Source: Macrostomum lignano (lineage: Eukaryota). Taken from it: DNA of 64,000 nucleotides. A program made the translations under genes and the position numbers. Shown in pieces: positions 46,949 through 59,832 of the stretch (positions are counted from its first letter, which is position 1; every line of letters begins with the position of its first letter). Location: assembly GCA_002269645.1 (NCBI GenBank), contig NIVC01000811.1, forward strand, positions 158,501 through 222,500, given 5' to 3'. Under the pieces are notes generated by a model that was not told the origin of the DNA, searched no databases, and was given only the letters and a program-made list of their open reading frames with translations.

Positions 46949-49900
46949 ATGAGCGACATCGCACCAGCTGACTCTGAGCCGCAGCTCGCTGACCAGCAGC
47001 TGTACTCGGCGGACCGGAAATCCTCGCCAACTTCTTCTGGAAGCGGCAAAGCTGAAGCAATGCGGACAGAAATCGCTGAAGAAGGAACCAACGACATGAA
47101 AGATCCCGCAGCTGAGGAAAATGACAATGGCAACAGTGGTGAAGAAGGCAGTGAGATCGACGGAGCTGCAGCGCTCCAGGAGCAGCAACAGCAGCAGCAA
47201 CAGTTGATGTTGCAGAATCTGGCCAGCGTCATCACCAACAGCATCACGAGCGAGCAGCTGGGCGGAGTCCAGGACTCCATGGAGATCATAAGGCAGCACA
47301 TCGACTATCTGCAGTCCATGGAGCGGGTGCTTCGAGGCGAGCGGATCCGCTTGAACTGCGTCATCGCCCAGCAGCACGAGATCCTCGGCCTGGCTCCGGA
47401 AGAGGACGAGCAAGGAGATGGAGACGTAGGAGAAGAAAACGGCGAGGATGATGACATGGAGGGCGAGCAGCAGCGGAAGTCCAGTGCCGGTCAGGTGCCA
47501 ATGCGAACTCAGTGCAGCCTCCTCAGAGCCGCCGCTGCAGCCGCCGCAGCCGCCGCGGCCGCCGCCTCCACTGCCGCCAGCGGCGACTCGGGAATCCAGA
47601 ATTCGTCCAGCGCTGTTGGCATCGCTGCTGAAGGCAGCAGCTCGGAGCTCGAGGACAGAACGGGCTCGAAGTTGGCTGACGACTGCTTGGAATCTGGCGG
47701 TGAGTGAGGAGGGAAACTTCAGGGATAGGGATAGCCTCAGGAGCGGGTTTTAGTAAAACTTCAGGGATGGAATAGCTTCAGGGGGGGGGTTCAGTAAAGT
47801 TTCAGGGACGGGTTCAGTAAAACTTCAGGTTTGAGTTCAGTAAAGCTTCAGGGATAAGTTCAGTAAAGCTTCAGGGATAGGTTCAGTAAAGAATCAGGGA
47901 TAGGTTCAGTAAAGCTTCAGGGATAAGTTCAGTAAAGCTTCAGGGATAGGTTCAGTAAAGCTTCAGGGGCTGGTTCAGTGAAGCTTCAGGGACGGGTTCC
48001 TCAGACAGAGGAAGAGCACGCACACATAGAAGGTACACTGAACAGATTAAACTAAACACAACAGTCCCAATGAAATCAAATCTCTGCAAGCCTAATTAGC
48101 AGAGTCCATGTCGGCCATGTTATAATTATTCATGGCGGAGATTTTACTACATATCCACGCTATCACACAGCCAACACGCACGCGCATAAATATCAACAAG
48201 ATCCGGTCCTGGGGTGGGGGGGGGCACACATGCAGGGATTCAATGCATTATAATTGAATTGATATTTAATACGATTTTTTTGCGTTTGCATAAACAAACC
48301 TCCAACTGTGTGTGCTGTGTTTATAATGAGAGGCCAGTGCTGAGCTGTGATTTAAATGATATTAACTAATTGTGAGTCGGCTCGGCACGACTTCAACAAT
48401 TTATATCATGTCGAAGGTGCAGTCAGCAGTGGAAAATGACACCTGCTTCGGTGCCTCCCCCCCTTCGCATGCATTCTTTATTTTTGTCTGTTTGGCTGTT
48501 CAAGAAATCTTCTAAAAGGATGATAGGGAGAGCTGTGATATCGGATATCTGCTGCATGCACCCTCCAGGTTTTAAAGACCAACTTATGACAGGGAGGAAG
48601 TCTCAGATTATGTATCTGAGCCGTTTAATTCCTGACTTAAATATACAAGCTCTATACATTAAAATATGCACGTTACAATGCTCCATGAATGTAAACAAGT
48701 CGTGAAAACCGATTTCTCGTAGTTTAAATGTAAAAAAGCAAAATCTGCATGCTTTAAACTAGAATCTCGAGTTATAGCCTATAGCAATATAAAATTGGTA
48801 AGAAATGGCTTTTCGAAATGAAACAATTAAATTTTATAACATGACGCATGAAAATGAAAATGCTGCAGCAGGAGCACCTGAGTAATTAAGCAAGTGTTAA
48901 GCCGAGTTAAGGCTATAAAACTTCACTTTCAGCGCGAGGCCTTCATAGTGTTTACAGCCCAGTTAAATAATTGACTCTTTCAACATGTTGCGGAGCCGCA
49001 TGGCTTCCACACAATTGGCGCAATTTTCGGCTGTCGCAAAACTGTTTTAATTTATTAAGGATTGAAAAGCATTAATTGCTAAGTTTAAGGCTCTGCATTC
49101 GATACAAAATTATGAGTCCCCGGCTGATGCAGACCCACCCCAGCTGCATAAAATGATGAAGATTAACTTCAGAGAACACAGTTTTGCTTGAGAGAACTAT
49201 ACCAGAATTTTTAACAGAATCTTCACAAACTATAAACAGCATCTTCACAAACTATAAACAGAATCTTCACAAACTATAAACAGAATCTTCACAAACTATA
49301 AACAGAATCTTCACAAGCTATACCAGAATCTTCACAGACTGAAGCTGCACCGTCAGACTCACCAAGACTGCGCCATCGCCATTTCAGGCAAGCATCGCAG
49401 AACCGCCTCCGGCCATCAGCAGCAGCTGCTGCTGAGTTCGGGCAACTCAGCCTGCCAGCTCGAGGACTCGGGCATCGCCGGCTCGCCAATCGATCTCACT
49501 GGCAGTCGGAAACGCTCAGCAACCGCAGCCTCTCTGCTGCATCATCTACATCTGGCATTCCAGTCTCCCTATCAGAGGCCGCAGCATCATCAGCTGCAGT
49601 GCGCCGAGGACCCGGAGCAGGTGGCCATCCTGACTGGAACCAGCGACGATCCTCTGGACCAGTTCATGTACATCAACGACCAGCAGAATGTGAAATGGCG
49701 CCGGCTGTACGAAAGGCACAGCAGGACGAATCCTCCGAACAGATGCGGCGAGTGTCTGAAGGACCTGAGCTGCAAGAGCGCCCTGATCATGCACTACAGG
49801 ACCCACACGGGTGAGGGCTCTTGATGATGAAGCATTAACTTGGAGTCTGGATTTTTACTAGCACACCCAAACGTTTACGAATACCCTGAACTCTGCTCGA

Positions 49901-52900
49901 GAAAACTTTGGAACCTTCTCTACTTCTCTACCTTCTTTACTTCTCTCTGATAGCTTTTCTACACCATCCTGAACCCTTCTCTACAGCACCCTGAACCCTT
50001 CTCTACAGCACCCTGAACCCTTCTCTACAACACCCTGAACCCTTCTCTACAACACCCTGAACCCTTCTCTACAACACCCTGAACCCTTCTCTACAGCACC
50101 CTGAACCCTTCTCTACAACACCCTGAACCCTTCTCTACAGCACCCTGAACCCTTCTCTACAGCACCCTGAACCCTTCTCTACAGCACCCTGAACCCTTCT
50201 CTACAGCACCCTGAACCCTTCTCTACAGCATCCTAAACCCTTCTCTACTGCACCCTGAACCCTTCTCTACAACACCCTGAACCCTTCTCTACAACACCCT
50301 GAACCCTTCTCTACAGCACCCTGAACCCTTCTCTACAACACCCTGAACCTTTCTCTACAACACCCTGAACCCTTCTCTACAGCACCCTGAACCCTTCTCT
50401 ACAGCACCCTGAACCTTTCTCTACAACACCCTGAACCCTTCTCTACAACACCCTGAACCCTTCTCTACAACACCCTGAACCCTTCTCTACAACACCCTGG
50501 AACTTTGCTCTACAAAATGCATCAAACTCCGACATCCCCCCCCCCGCGCACAGAGAGCAGTCAGCCGCAGAGAGCAAAGTCAAATAGAATTTGGATTATT
50601 TTTGGCCAAGGAAAAACAGTTCTGAGAATGAGAAGTGGGACGGGGGGTCGAGGGCCTCTCCTGCTCATAACTGAGTCTGTTTGACGAGTTAAGCCACTAC
50701 AGGACGCGCTGGCTTGGAGCTGTGATGGAAAATCATGTAATCACATTTGATTTCAAGGGCCCGACCAGTTTTAATAAATAAAAATGAGACACACAGAGCC
50801 AGCCGGAGACAGCGCCTCTAAGTCCCTTCTTAACCCCCTCTTCCCGCGGTCACCCCTGCAACTCGCATCCACAGAAATCCCCCCTTGCCCAAAGATTTTG
50901 AGCCTCGGGGTCTGTAATGCAATTTGGCATGCTGGCTCGGCGGAAAGACCGCGGGAGAGATGAGGGCGGCAGATAGATGAGGATAGATAGATGGATTTGA
51001 GATGCGCAAACTGCCGGGTCCAAAAACCCTTCAAAATCCGCTGAATTCTGATCGGGTTAACAGGGGGGGGGGCGACGCTCGTCATCAGCTCGCGGCAGGC
51101 TGGGAGAGGCACAAACAAACACAGAATTTCTGCCTTCGGGGAAAAATGACAATATATCTGATTAGAAAGTTATCCCTTGGACTGGCCGATGAATTTGTTA
51201 TAATAAAACTATTTTGATGTGACAAAAATATCATTCTTTAAGTTTGGTATAATCCCTAACCCTCGGTTTCTTGACTGTCAGCAGCCTCCCAGATCCTCAG
51301 TTGCTGGGCCTCCAGCCTCCCAGATCTTCAGTTGCTGGGCCTCCAGCCTCCCAGATCTTCAGTTGCTAGGCCTCCAGCCTCCCAGATCTTCAGTTGCTGG
51401 GCCTCCAGCCTCCCAGATCTTCAGTTGCTGGGCCTCCAGCCTCCCAGATCTTCAGTTGCTGGGCCTCCAGCCTCCCAGATCTTCAGTTGCTGGGCCTCCA
51501 GCCTCCCAGATCCTCAGTTGCTGGGCCAGCCTCCCAGATCCTCAGTTGCTGGGCCAGCCTCCCAGATCCTCAGTTGCTGGGCCCTCAGCCTCCCAGATCT
51601 TCAGTTGCTGGGCCTCCAGCCTCCCAGATCCTCAGTTGCTGGGCCAGCCTCCCAGATCCTCAGTTGCTGGGCCAGCCTCCCAGATCCTCAGTTGCTGGGC
51701 CTCCAGCCTCCCAGATCTTCAGTTGCTGGGCCTCCAGCCTCCCAGATCCTCAGTTGCTGGGCCAGCCTCCCAGATCCTCAGTTGCTGGGCCAGCCTCCCA
51801 GATCCTCAGTTGCTGGGCCTCCAGCCTCCCAGATCCTCAGTTGCTGGGCCAGCCTCCCAGATCCTCAGTTGCTGGGCCAGCCTCCCAGATCCTCAGTTGC
51901 TGTGCCAGCCTCCCAGATCCTCAGTTGCTGGGCTAGCCTCCCAGATCCTCAGTTGCTGGGCCAGTCTCCCAGATCCTCAGTTGCTGGGCCAGCCTCCCAG
52001 ATCATTAGTTGCTGGGCCAGCCTCCCGGATCCTCAACCTAAAGTGTGACCTGTCCCTATACACCTGATATCAGTTACTGAGTGATAAAATTGCCGGAATC
52101 AAGGCAGCATCAATCAATGACCATCAATTCCCCAGTTGAGCGGCGATGCAGAGCTCATAAAAAACATTGAAAAACCGCTCTGCAAGATTAATGAGCGGAT
52201 GCTGACGGTGTGACAATTTTAATTAAAGCGAAGTCTGCAAGCTGTAACAGACACACAGAAATTCCCTGTCGAGTTCCCGCCGCATCCCCAATGGGAATTC
52301 CAATTAAAACAAGCCCGTCAAGCAGGTCCTGGCATCGCGATATGGCAGCGAAGAGGAGCTGTCAGACAATCAGCCCCCAGTGCTCTGGTCAGCTGGTTGC
52401 TCATCTTGTCAAAAAAATCTTTAACCCCGCCGCATTGCATACCAAAAATGCGCTATAGCCCAGCTTCCCATCCGCAGAATCTCTTTCTCCATCACTACGT
52501 ACTGTGGGCCTTTCTTGGCGGGGTCGCCCTCCAGCTTTGATCTGATTACCGCGCACCCCTCAGCTCCAGTGCTGTCTCTGCCAGGGGCTGGGGAGCCATG
52601 CCGCCAAGTCACGGCCAAGAGGGGGGATCTTTTTCTGGAGCCCAACTCCCCCCTGCTCGAAATTAATTCGCGGTGGGCCAACAAATTTAATATGGGCATC
52701 GGGGTTGGGAGGCTGCCTGGGCCTCGGGGTCCCGGCCTTTACAATCTGCATAAATTTAATATTATTTCATATATGTATAAAATATATGGATATAAGTGGA
52801 ATTCCCAGAACAACTTTTGGGATCTTTGAAGCAAAGGTGCCGGGCCGTTTAGCCGGGGCAGATCCCAAGAATTGAGTTATCATCCATGACTGCGGGAGAA

Positions 52901-55900
52901 GTGAAGAGGGAGGCTGGCGGCGGCAAAATTCATTCATTTAATCCTTCTTCTCTTTCATCCCCTTTGGTTGACCCCCGAGTTGACTGTCTGCCTCAGCTGG
53001 GAGCTGGCGGTCACCAGGGAGTCGCAGAGCCCGCAGCCAGCCCGCCCCATCGGGGAAGTGTCACATTTCTACCCGGCAAGGCGAGCGTCTTTTGGGGAGG
53101 GGGAAGATAAAAGAGATGATGATGTCTGGAAGAATTCGCCCACAGGCTCGCCACGCGGAGTGCCCAAAAAAACTCGAAATCTACTCAATCTGGGAATTTT
53201 CTTCGGCAAGATAAAAAAGGAAGTTAAGAAATTTGTCTCCGCGGGCTTTCGTGACTGGCTTAGCGGGGTTCAGCCGTCTCGATTTGGTAGAAAAACTCCC
53301 CGATTTTACCTGACAGCCTCCCTGTGACGAATCCGGATCCCCCAAGTGTCTCTAAAGACCTTCATGTCTACCGTTTCTGAATTATAAATGTTATGAATTG
53401 CAGGCTGTCCGCAATCACGTGCCTACCCCCCCCCCCCTGGTTTTTAATACAGCGCCCAGCATCCTCCCATAAAAGATTTGTGCAAGAGAGACGGGCTTGG
53501 GGTTCAGCTAGGCTGCCTGGGAGAATTCTGCTGAGGATATTTAAGACAGGCAGGTGCAAGTTCTGAGGATTTTTGTCCGGGGATTTTTTTGAGATCGTAT
53601 AATTTCAATCATAAAATGTCTCCAGGCTAGCATGGTTGTGCTCATGAATTATTAGTCCTCAGGTAGGGCCCCGCGCTACCTGCCTTCATGTACCAAGGAT
53701 ATAATGGCCTTAATTAAGCAGCCTCTTGTTTTCCCTTTTCTCAAATCCCCCAAATCATGAGAGATGCCCCTCTGACGCATCCAGCTTCCATGGCATTTTA
53801 GCGCTGGCATAAACGGGAATCCCCTGCAGGATGGGAAAGTGTCCCGGGGGATCCAGTTAGTTAAAAATGCATGCATTGAGCAATGCGGCAGGCACTGACC
53901 GCCACAGACAATGAATTCTGTTCCCCTATTGCGGCCCGAACTGCATCCTTGTGATCGCAACTGGAGCATAACGCGTAACACGCCAAAATCATGCTCTGCT
54001 TCACTCACGTCTCGGAACTGCAGCACATTTATTGTCTCAGAACGCCCGCCATGAGCTCTCTCAGGCATGCTTATATTAATATTATTTATCATAAAGTCAT
54101 GCCTTGCAGATCCGCAACTTTGCGTGCCACCGCCCCCCCCCCCAGGTTCCGCAGCACTCTCGCTTCTTGAGCACCGCTTGTCACTGCCCCCTCCCATGAC
54201 TTGACCTCATCAATTATGACACATGAGCAGAGCGCATGCGGCAGTATGAAGTGATGAAGTTAGCTGGGCTAGGTCTGCCTTAGTAAAATCCCAATATTAC
54301 TGAAAATCCCACCGCCTTACGCGCAGAAGAGCGGCCCTATATCTGCCGGATCTGTCACAAGAGCTTCACCACCAAGGGCAATTTGAAGACGCACCTGGGC
54401 GTGCACCGGGAGCTGCTGCCGATTCTTCGAGGCATCGGAGCTTCGCCGCCAAGGAGCTGCAGCTCGCAGGCGTCTTCCGCAGCGCAGGCGCATCATCAGT
54501 TTATGGAAGCTGCTGGTCAGCAGGACAGCTTTGCTAACGGAGGCGGAGACAGTCAGGTGGGTGCTTGGGTTTTATTTAGCTAGACATCACCGTCTATGAC
54601 CAGCTGCAAGCCACCCTCTATGACCAGCTGCAAGCCACCCTCTATGACCAGCTACAGGCCACCCTCTATGACCAGCTACAAGCCACCCTCTATGACCAGC
54701 TACAAGCCACCCTCTATGACCAGCTACAAGCCACCCTCTATGACCAGCTGCAAGCCACCCTCTATGACCAGCTACAAGCCACCCTCTATGACCAGCTAAA
54801 AGCCACCCTCTATAACCAGCTAAAAGCCACCCTCTATGACCAGCTACAAGCCACCCTCTATGACCAGCTACAAGCCACCCTCTATGACCAGCTACAAGCC
54901 ACCCTCTATGACCAGCTACAAGCCACCCTCTATGACCAGCTACAAGCCACCCTCTATGACCAGCTACAAGCCACCCTCTATGACCAGCTACAAGCCACCC
55001 TCTATGACCAACTAAAAGCCACCCTCCATGACCAGCCGGCAACCCAGAAGTATTTGCTGGAATATCTGAGCCCCAATCCACCATAACTCCAGCCAATTTG
55101 AGCGCCCTAAAAATTATTTGCACTGCCTCGGAACTAAACAATTTTCGAGTCCACCCATTCTCATCCCTCTCAACCCCCAATGTTTAATCCCCGCAGTTTC
55201 TGGCGATGAAGCCTGTCTGTCAGGCAGTTATTAATAAATTGAGCAATGCCCAACTCGAATCTAGAGAGCATTTATCAAACAGAGTGCTCCGGTATCTAGA
55301 ACAACTGGTATCTGTGCCCCATTACTAAATATCGAATTATTCGAACAACTCCCTGCCAACAAGTTCGAGTCCAAATCATTCAGTTCCGGCTGGATTGCCG
55401 GCTGGGTCAACACAGCATGGCAGTCATATTTGCTGATGGCTGCAGCGAAACACATGCAACTGACCGCTGTCCCCTCTCAATCATTCCCTGTTGTTGCCAG
55501 ATCTTGCTCGCGTCGCCCCGGAGTCGCCAGGCCGCCACGTCGCCTCCGCCGTCGCCGATGTCGGCCGCCGCCGCTGCTGCCGCCGCCGCCGCCGCGGCCA
55601 CCGGCTTGTCGTTCCCAACCGGACTTCCGCTGTTCCGCTGCCTGCCGTTCCGCTGCCTGCCGCCGCTTCCGCCGCCTCCGCCGCCGCCACCGCCGCCGCC
55701 GCCGCCGCCGCCTCACCTGTCGACATTCCAGTTGGACCCTCTGCCGCCGCCGCCGTCTCTGCCTTTGGTTTCAACCGTCGCCCAGACGGAGCCGCTCGAG
55801 CTCACCACCACGAAGAAGTCGCCGTCGCTTGGATCGACAGCTGCGTCGGTCAAGCAGCCGGTGGAAGATCTGACAGCGGCGTCGGCGCAGTCAGCGGCTG

Positions 55901-57381
55901 CGATGGATGTCGGCCTGCTGCAGCAGTCGTTCCTCACAGCGGGGGGCGGTTTCGGCCGAGCCGAACGCGAGTCCAAGACCACCTGTCACCTGTGCAGCAA
56001 GGTGTGCAGCTGCAAGAGCGCCCTGGAGATCCACATGCGAACTCACACCAAGGAGAAGCCGTTCCGCTGCGGCTACTGCGACAAGAGCTTCAGCACCAAG
56101 GGCAACATGCGGCAGCACGAGAACACCCACCGCCGGGCCGGCGGCAGCGGCAACCCGCTGACCGGCGCCTCGTCCTCGGCACACGGCAGCGACGACTTCT
56201 CGCAGCCGCCGAATTCAATCGACGAAGAGGAGGAAGAGGCCGAGACCGACTGCGAGCGCCGATCGCCTGAGGACGGCGGGGCCGCAGCCCCGGCCGTTGT
56301 CAAGGACAACTTCGACGAGGCAACCAACGAGGAAGACAAGAATGAAGCGACAGCGGAGGCTGAAGATGAGACAAACGACGAGGTGCAGGATGGAGGCGAC
56401 GAGTCGGCAGTTTTGATCTACCGGCCTGGGCCGGTGGCCACCCCGCCGATGGTCCCGTCAACCACGTCGGCCACCACCTCAACGCCGCTGGTGCCGCCGC
56501 TGCCGCTGCTGCCCCCACCGCCTCCGCCACCGCCTCCGCCGCCGCCTCCGCCGCCTCCGCCTCAGCAGCAGCATTCGCAGCAGCAGCAGCAGCCGCAGCA
56601 GCAGCAGCAGCAGCCGCAGCAGCCGCAGCAGCAGCAGCAGCCGCAGCAGCAGCAGCAGCCGACAAAAATCAAGCGAATCTGCGAATACTGCGGCAAGGAG
56701 TGCCCGACCAAGTCGGCGCTGGACATTCACCTGCGCTCGCACACGGGGGAGAAGCCGTACCAGTGCCCCCGCTGCCACAAGAGGTTCAGCACGCAGGGCA
56801 ACATGCAGGCGCACGTGAAGCGGCACTGTCCCGAGACTCGCAACGAGCGAGCTTCCATGGTCAGCGCGGCGGCTGCTGCGGCTGCGGCTGCGGCTGCGGC
56901 CGCCGACCACCAGCGGCAGCATCACAAAGTCGGATCCCAGCAGCAGCAGCAGCCACAGCAGCAGCAACTGCAGACTCCGCAGCCACCGCTGCATTTCGGC
57001 TCCGTGTCTTCGGGTCTGGACCCATCCGGTCGCTCGACGCAGCCTCCGCCGCCCGTGTCATCGGCAGCCGCCGCCGCCGCGGCCGCAGCCGCCGCAGCCG
57101 CCTTCCACCACCCGATGATGGACTTTCCGCCGCTGCCGCTGCACCCACCGCCGCCGCACCCGCCGCCTCCTGCCTTCCTAGCCGGGTTCCTAGCCGGGCC
57201 GTCGAAGCAGCACCAGCAGCAGCCGGGCTCGTTCCTCAGTCCGCACTGGAGCCCCCTGATGGGCGGCTTCCCCGGCCCGCTGTTCCACGCGGCGGCGGCG
57301 GCAGCAGCGGCGGGCGGCCAGTTGGACTTCAAGCCGGCGCAACCGTCTCACGCCACGGCCGACCTTCACGGCGACGACTGA
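46949..57381 (+). CDS. SALL: Spalt-like (SALL) C2H2 zinc-finger transcription factor. Exons 46949-47699, ~49338-49810, 54327-54556, 55501-57381(stop); the exon 1-2 link is unresolved
   Basis: Three double zinc fingers with SAL-box-type second fingers: [48 protein letters not shown]; [44 protein letters not shown]; [44 protein letters not shown]; Q-rich helical region in the first exon. Confidence 0.92.
47715..47998. repeat. ~22-23-bp repeat (TTCAGTAAAGCTTCAGGGATAGG-like)
   Basis: Direct reading. Confidence 0.8.
49195..49337. repeat. 22-bp repeat (AAACTATAAACAGAATCTTCAC) running into the SALL exon
   Basis: Direct reading. Confidence 0.8.
49965..50500. repeat. 22-bp repeat (CTGAACCCTTCTCTACARCACC)n
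   Basis: Direct reading. Confidence 0.9.
51283..52035. repeat. 28/31-bp repeat (CAGCCTCCCAGATCCTCAGTTGCTGGGC)n
   Basis: Direct reading. Confidence 0.9.
54593..55035. repeat. 24-bp repeat (TATGACCAGCTACAAGCCACCCTC)n
   Basis: Direct reading. Confidence 0.9.
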
Positions 57382-58974
57382 CTCGGGGGAAGAATCCTCA
57401 ACAGAATAAAGATTTCTGCCTCTCCCTCTCTCACTGGACCAGCGCCCAGTCGTGCGTACAGACTTCGAAGTGGAAGCCATCCACAGCAGTGGGGACAAGC
57501 TTTGATAATATAATATTAACTGACTCTTTTAAAACGGGCGATGACTTCTCAGCCGCATCAAAAGAGGCTGACGAGTGAGGAATTGATGAGGAGAAGCCAT
57601 GGGAACTGCATGCAGCCGAATCCTCTTCCCCATTTCCCCTTCCCGATTCCCCCCTTGGCTGTCCAGCCGAGCATTCATGGCATCCGCAGCCCCGGGAGCT
57701 CTTGAGCATGCCCGCCCGCTTGAGAATGATGTCTTCTATAAAAAAGTGGCGGCAAGTGAGGGGCAAATCTGCTAAAACGATTTCTATTGAGTCTCTTTCC
57801 TGGAATGCCTTCAATACGACACCGTTATTAGGGTACCAGTTATTGCAGGTGGGGGGAGGCCCAGCTTCCCCGCCTCATCGCTGGGGAGCACTTGGTCATG
57901 CTCCATCCCTTGGCTCTCAATTCCTCTCTCTCTTCTGTCCATAGAAGCAGATTAATTTGAAAATTTATCCTGACACCGAGAAAGCCGCCCCCCCCCTGTT
58001 TCTGCTTGATGAAGACATTTCTACTCGTAGCTTTTTGCGTTCGTAGATTGGCGTGAGTTGGATAAAAAAAAGCAAAGTTGTTTTCATTTATTAATATCAT
58101 CATTGCTTATTATTTTAGTTGATTTGAAATAACTGTTTCTCACGTATCTAAGTGCGCTCTGAATGTTGTCATAATAATTAATATGATATCGTGTACAACT
58201 GTACCTTGAGCACACCATGCGTACCTGTCACACTCCCGTAGCTTCTGTCTAGCAGCACAAAAAATGAAATAAAAGCATACGATTAACTTATAACTCAATC
58301 AGTGTAGCAATAAAAAATTGAAACCGAAAATTTGACTCGCTCAATTTCAATAAGCATTCATAGGGGGGGGGGCGATCAGCCAAAACTTCAGCCAACCGTT
58401 TGAAGTAGCCGACAACAATGGCCTGCATTTCATCATCATCATCAAAAAGCGCGCACCCCAGACTCCGATGGCCGGATGAATAAAGGGCAACATCTTCGCT
58501 ACCTGAGCAGGCTGATGGATTGGCATTTTTGCATTGCAATCAATTTGAGCAGCAGCTGAGACATGCTGGGACTGCCCTTAATCCACTGCCCCCACCCCCT
58601 AATCAAAAGCTCAACGTGTTTCCTGCAACTCTTCAAGCGGAACAAAGATTAATTGTGTGTGTTAAAAAAAGAGAGTTGAATTCCAACCATCAATTACAAG
58701 TCACAATAACAATAATAATATTAATATTAATGACTGCATTATTTTATTTTACCATATATTCTACACATTTAAACAAACTGCACTACTTACATTGAGTTTT
58801 AAGTAGTAGAATACGGGGGTTATTTATTGTAGTTTTTTGTCATAAACATTATAACAAAGCTAGTGAAGAAGCGGCTGAAGAAATTAAGAAAACGTTTAAT
58901 GTAATAATAGTAGTTTTTCATAAAGCGAACACAGAAGCAGTACGTAAAAATGAGAATAGTATTAGACTTCCAAA

Positions 58975-59490
58975 ACCCCAAAAAAGCTCGAAATCCCAGA
59001 TCCCAAAATCCCAAATATCTCGAATCCTAAATCCCAAATAGCTCGAATCCCAGATCTCAAAATCCCAAATATCTCGAATCCTAAATCCCAAATACGCTCG
59101 TAGCTCGAATCCCAGATCCCAAAATCCCAAATATCTCGAATCCTAAATCCCAAATAGCTCGAATCCCAGATCCCAAAATCCCAAATATCCCGAATCCCAA
59201 ATCCCAAATAGCTCGAATCCCAGATCCCAAAATCCCAAATATCTCGAATCCCAAATCCCAAATATCTCGAATCCCAAATCCCAAATAGCTCGAATCCCAA
59301 ATTCCAAATATCTCGAATCCCAAATCCCAAATATCTCGAATCCCAAATCCCAAACAGCTCGAATCCCAGATCCCAAAATCCCAAATATCCCGAATCCCAA
59401 ATCCCAAATAGTTCGAATCCCAGATCCCAAAAGCCCAAATAGCTCGAATTCCAGATCCCAAAATCCCAAATAACTCGAATCCCAGATCCC
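58975..59490. repeat. CGAATCCCAGATCCCAAAATCCCAAAT-type array
   Basis: Direct reading. Confidence 0.85.
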
Positions 59491-59832
59491 AAAAGCACAG
59501 CTTCAATAGCAAAGCACAGTAATTATTAAATGCCCAAATTAAAAGCAATTTAATACTAATTATTGCAGTAAAACTCATACAGATCAATAAAAAACGAACG
59601 CAAGATAACAGTATTATTAACAATAAACAGTAATAGCATAAAACTTGCATTATTCAAGCAATGAAATTTTGATAAAAAGCTGCATTTAAAAAAACCGATT
59701 ACACAGGAACTCATGGCTCATACGTAGCGAAAACGTAGGGTTGAGACGCAACAATATTGAATTAACTATATGAATAATATTGCATAGCGCACAACAGGTC
59801 AGATTAAAGAGCTTGGATTAATAAAGACAGTC

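Noticed and set aside
55430-57578. Multiple overlapping ORFs on both strands across the last SALL exon
   Set aside because: Expected off-frame and antisense openness of GC-rich Ala/Pro/Gln codon runs.
58288-58539. Minus-strand LGCALFDDDDEMQAIVVGYF resembling a mariner transposase C-terminus
   Set aside because: The upstream YSPDLAPSD motif and terminal inverted repeats are not visible; similarity is too weak to support a call.
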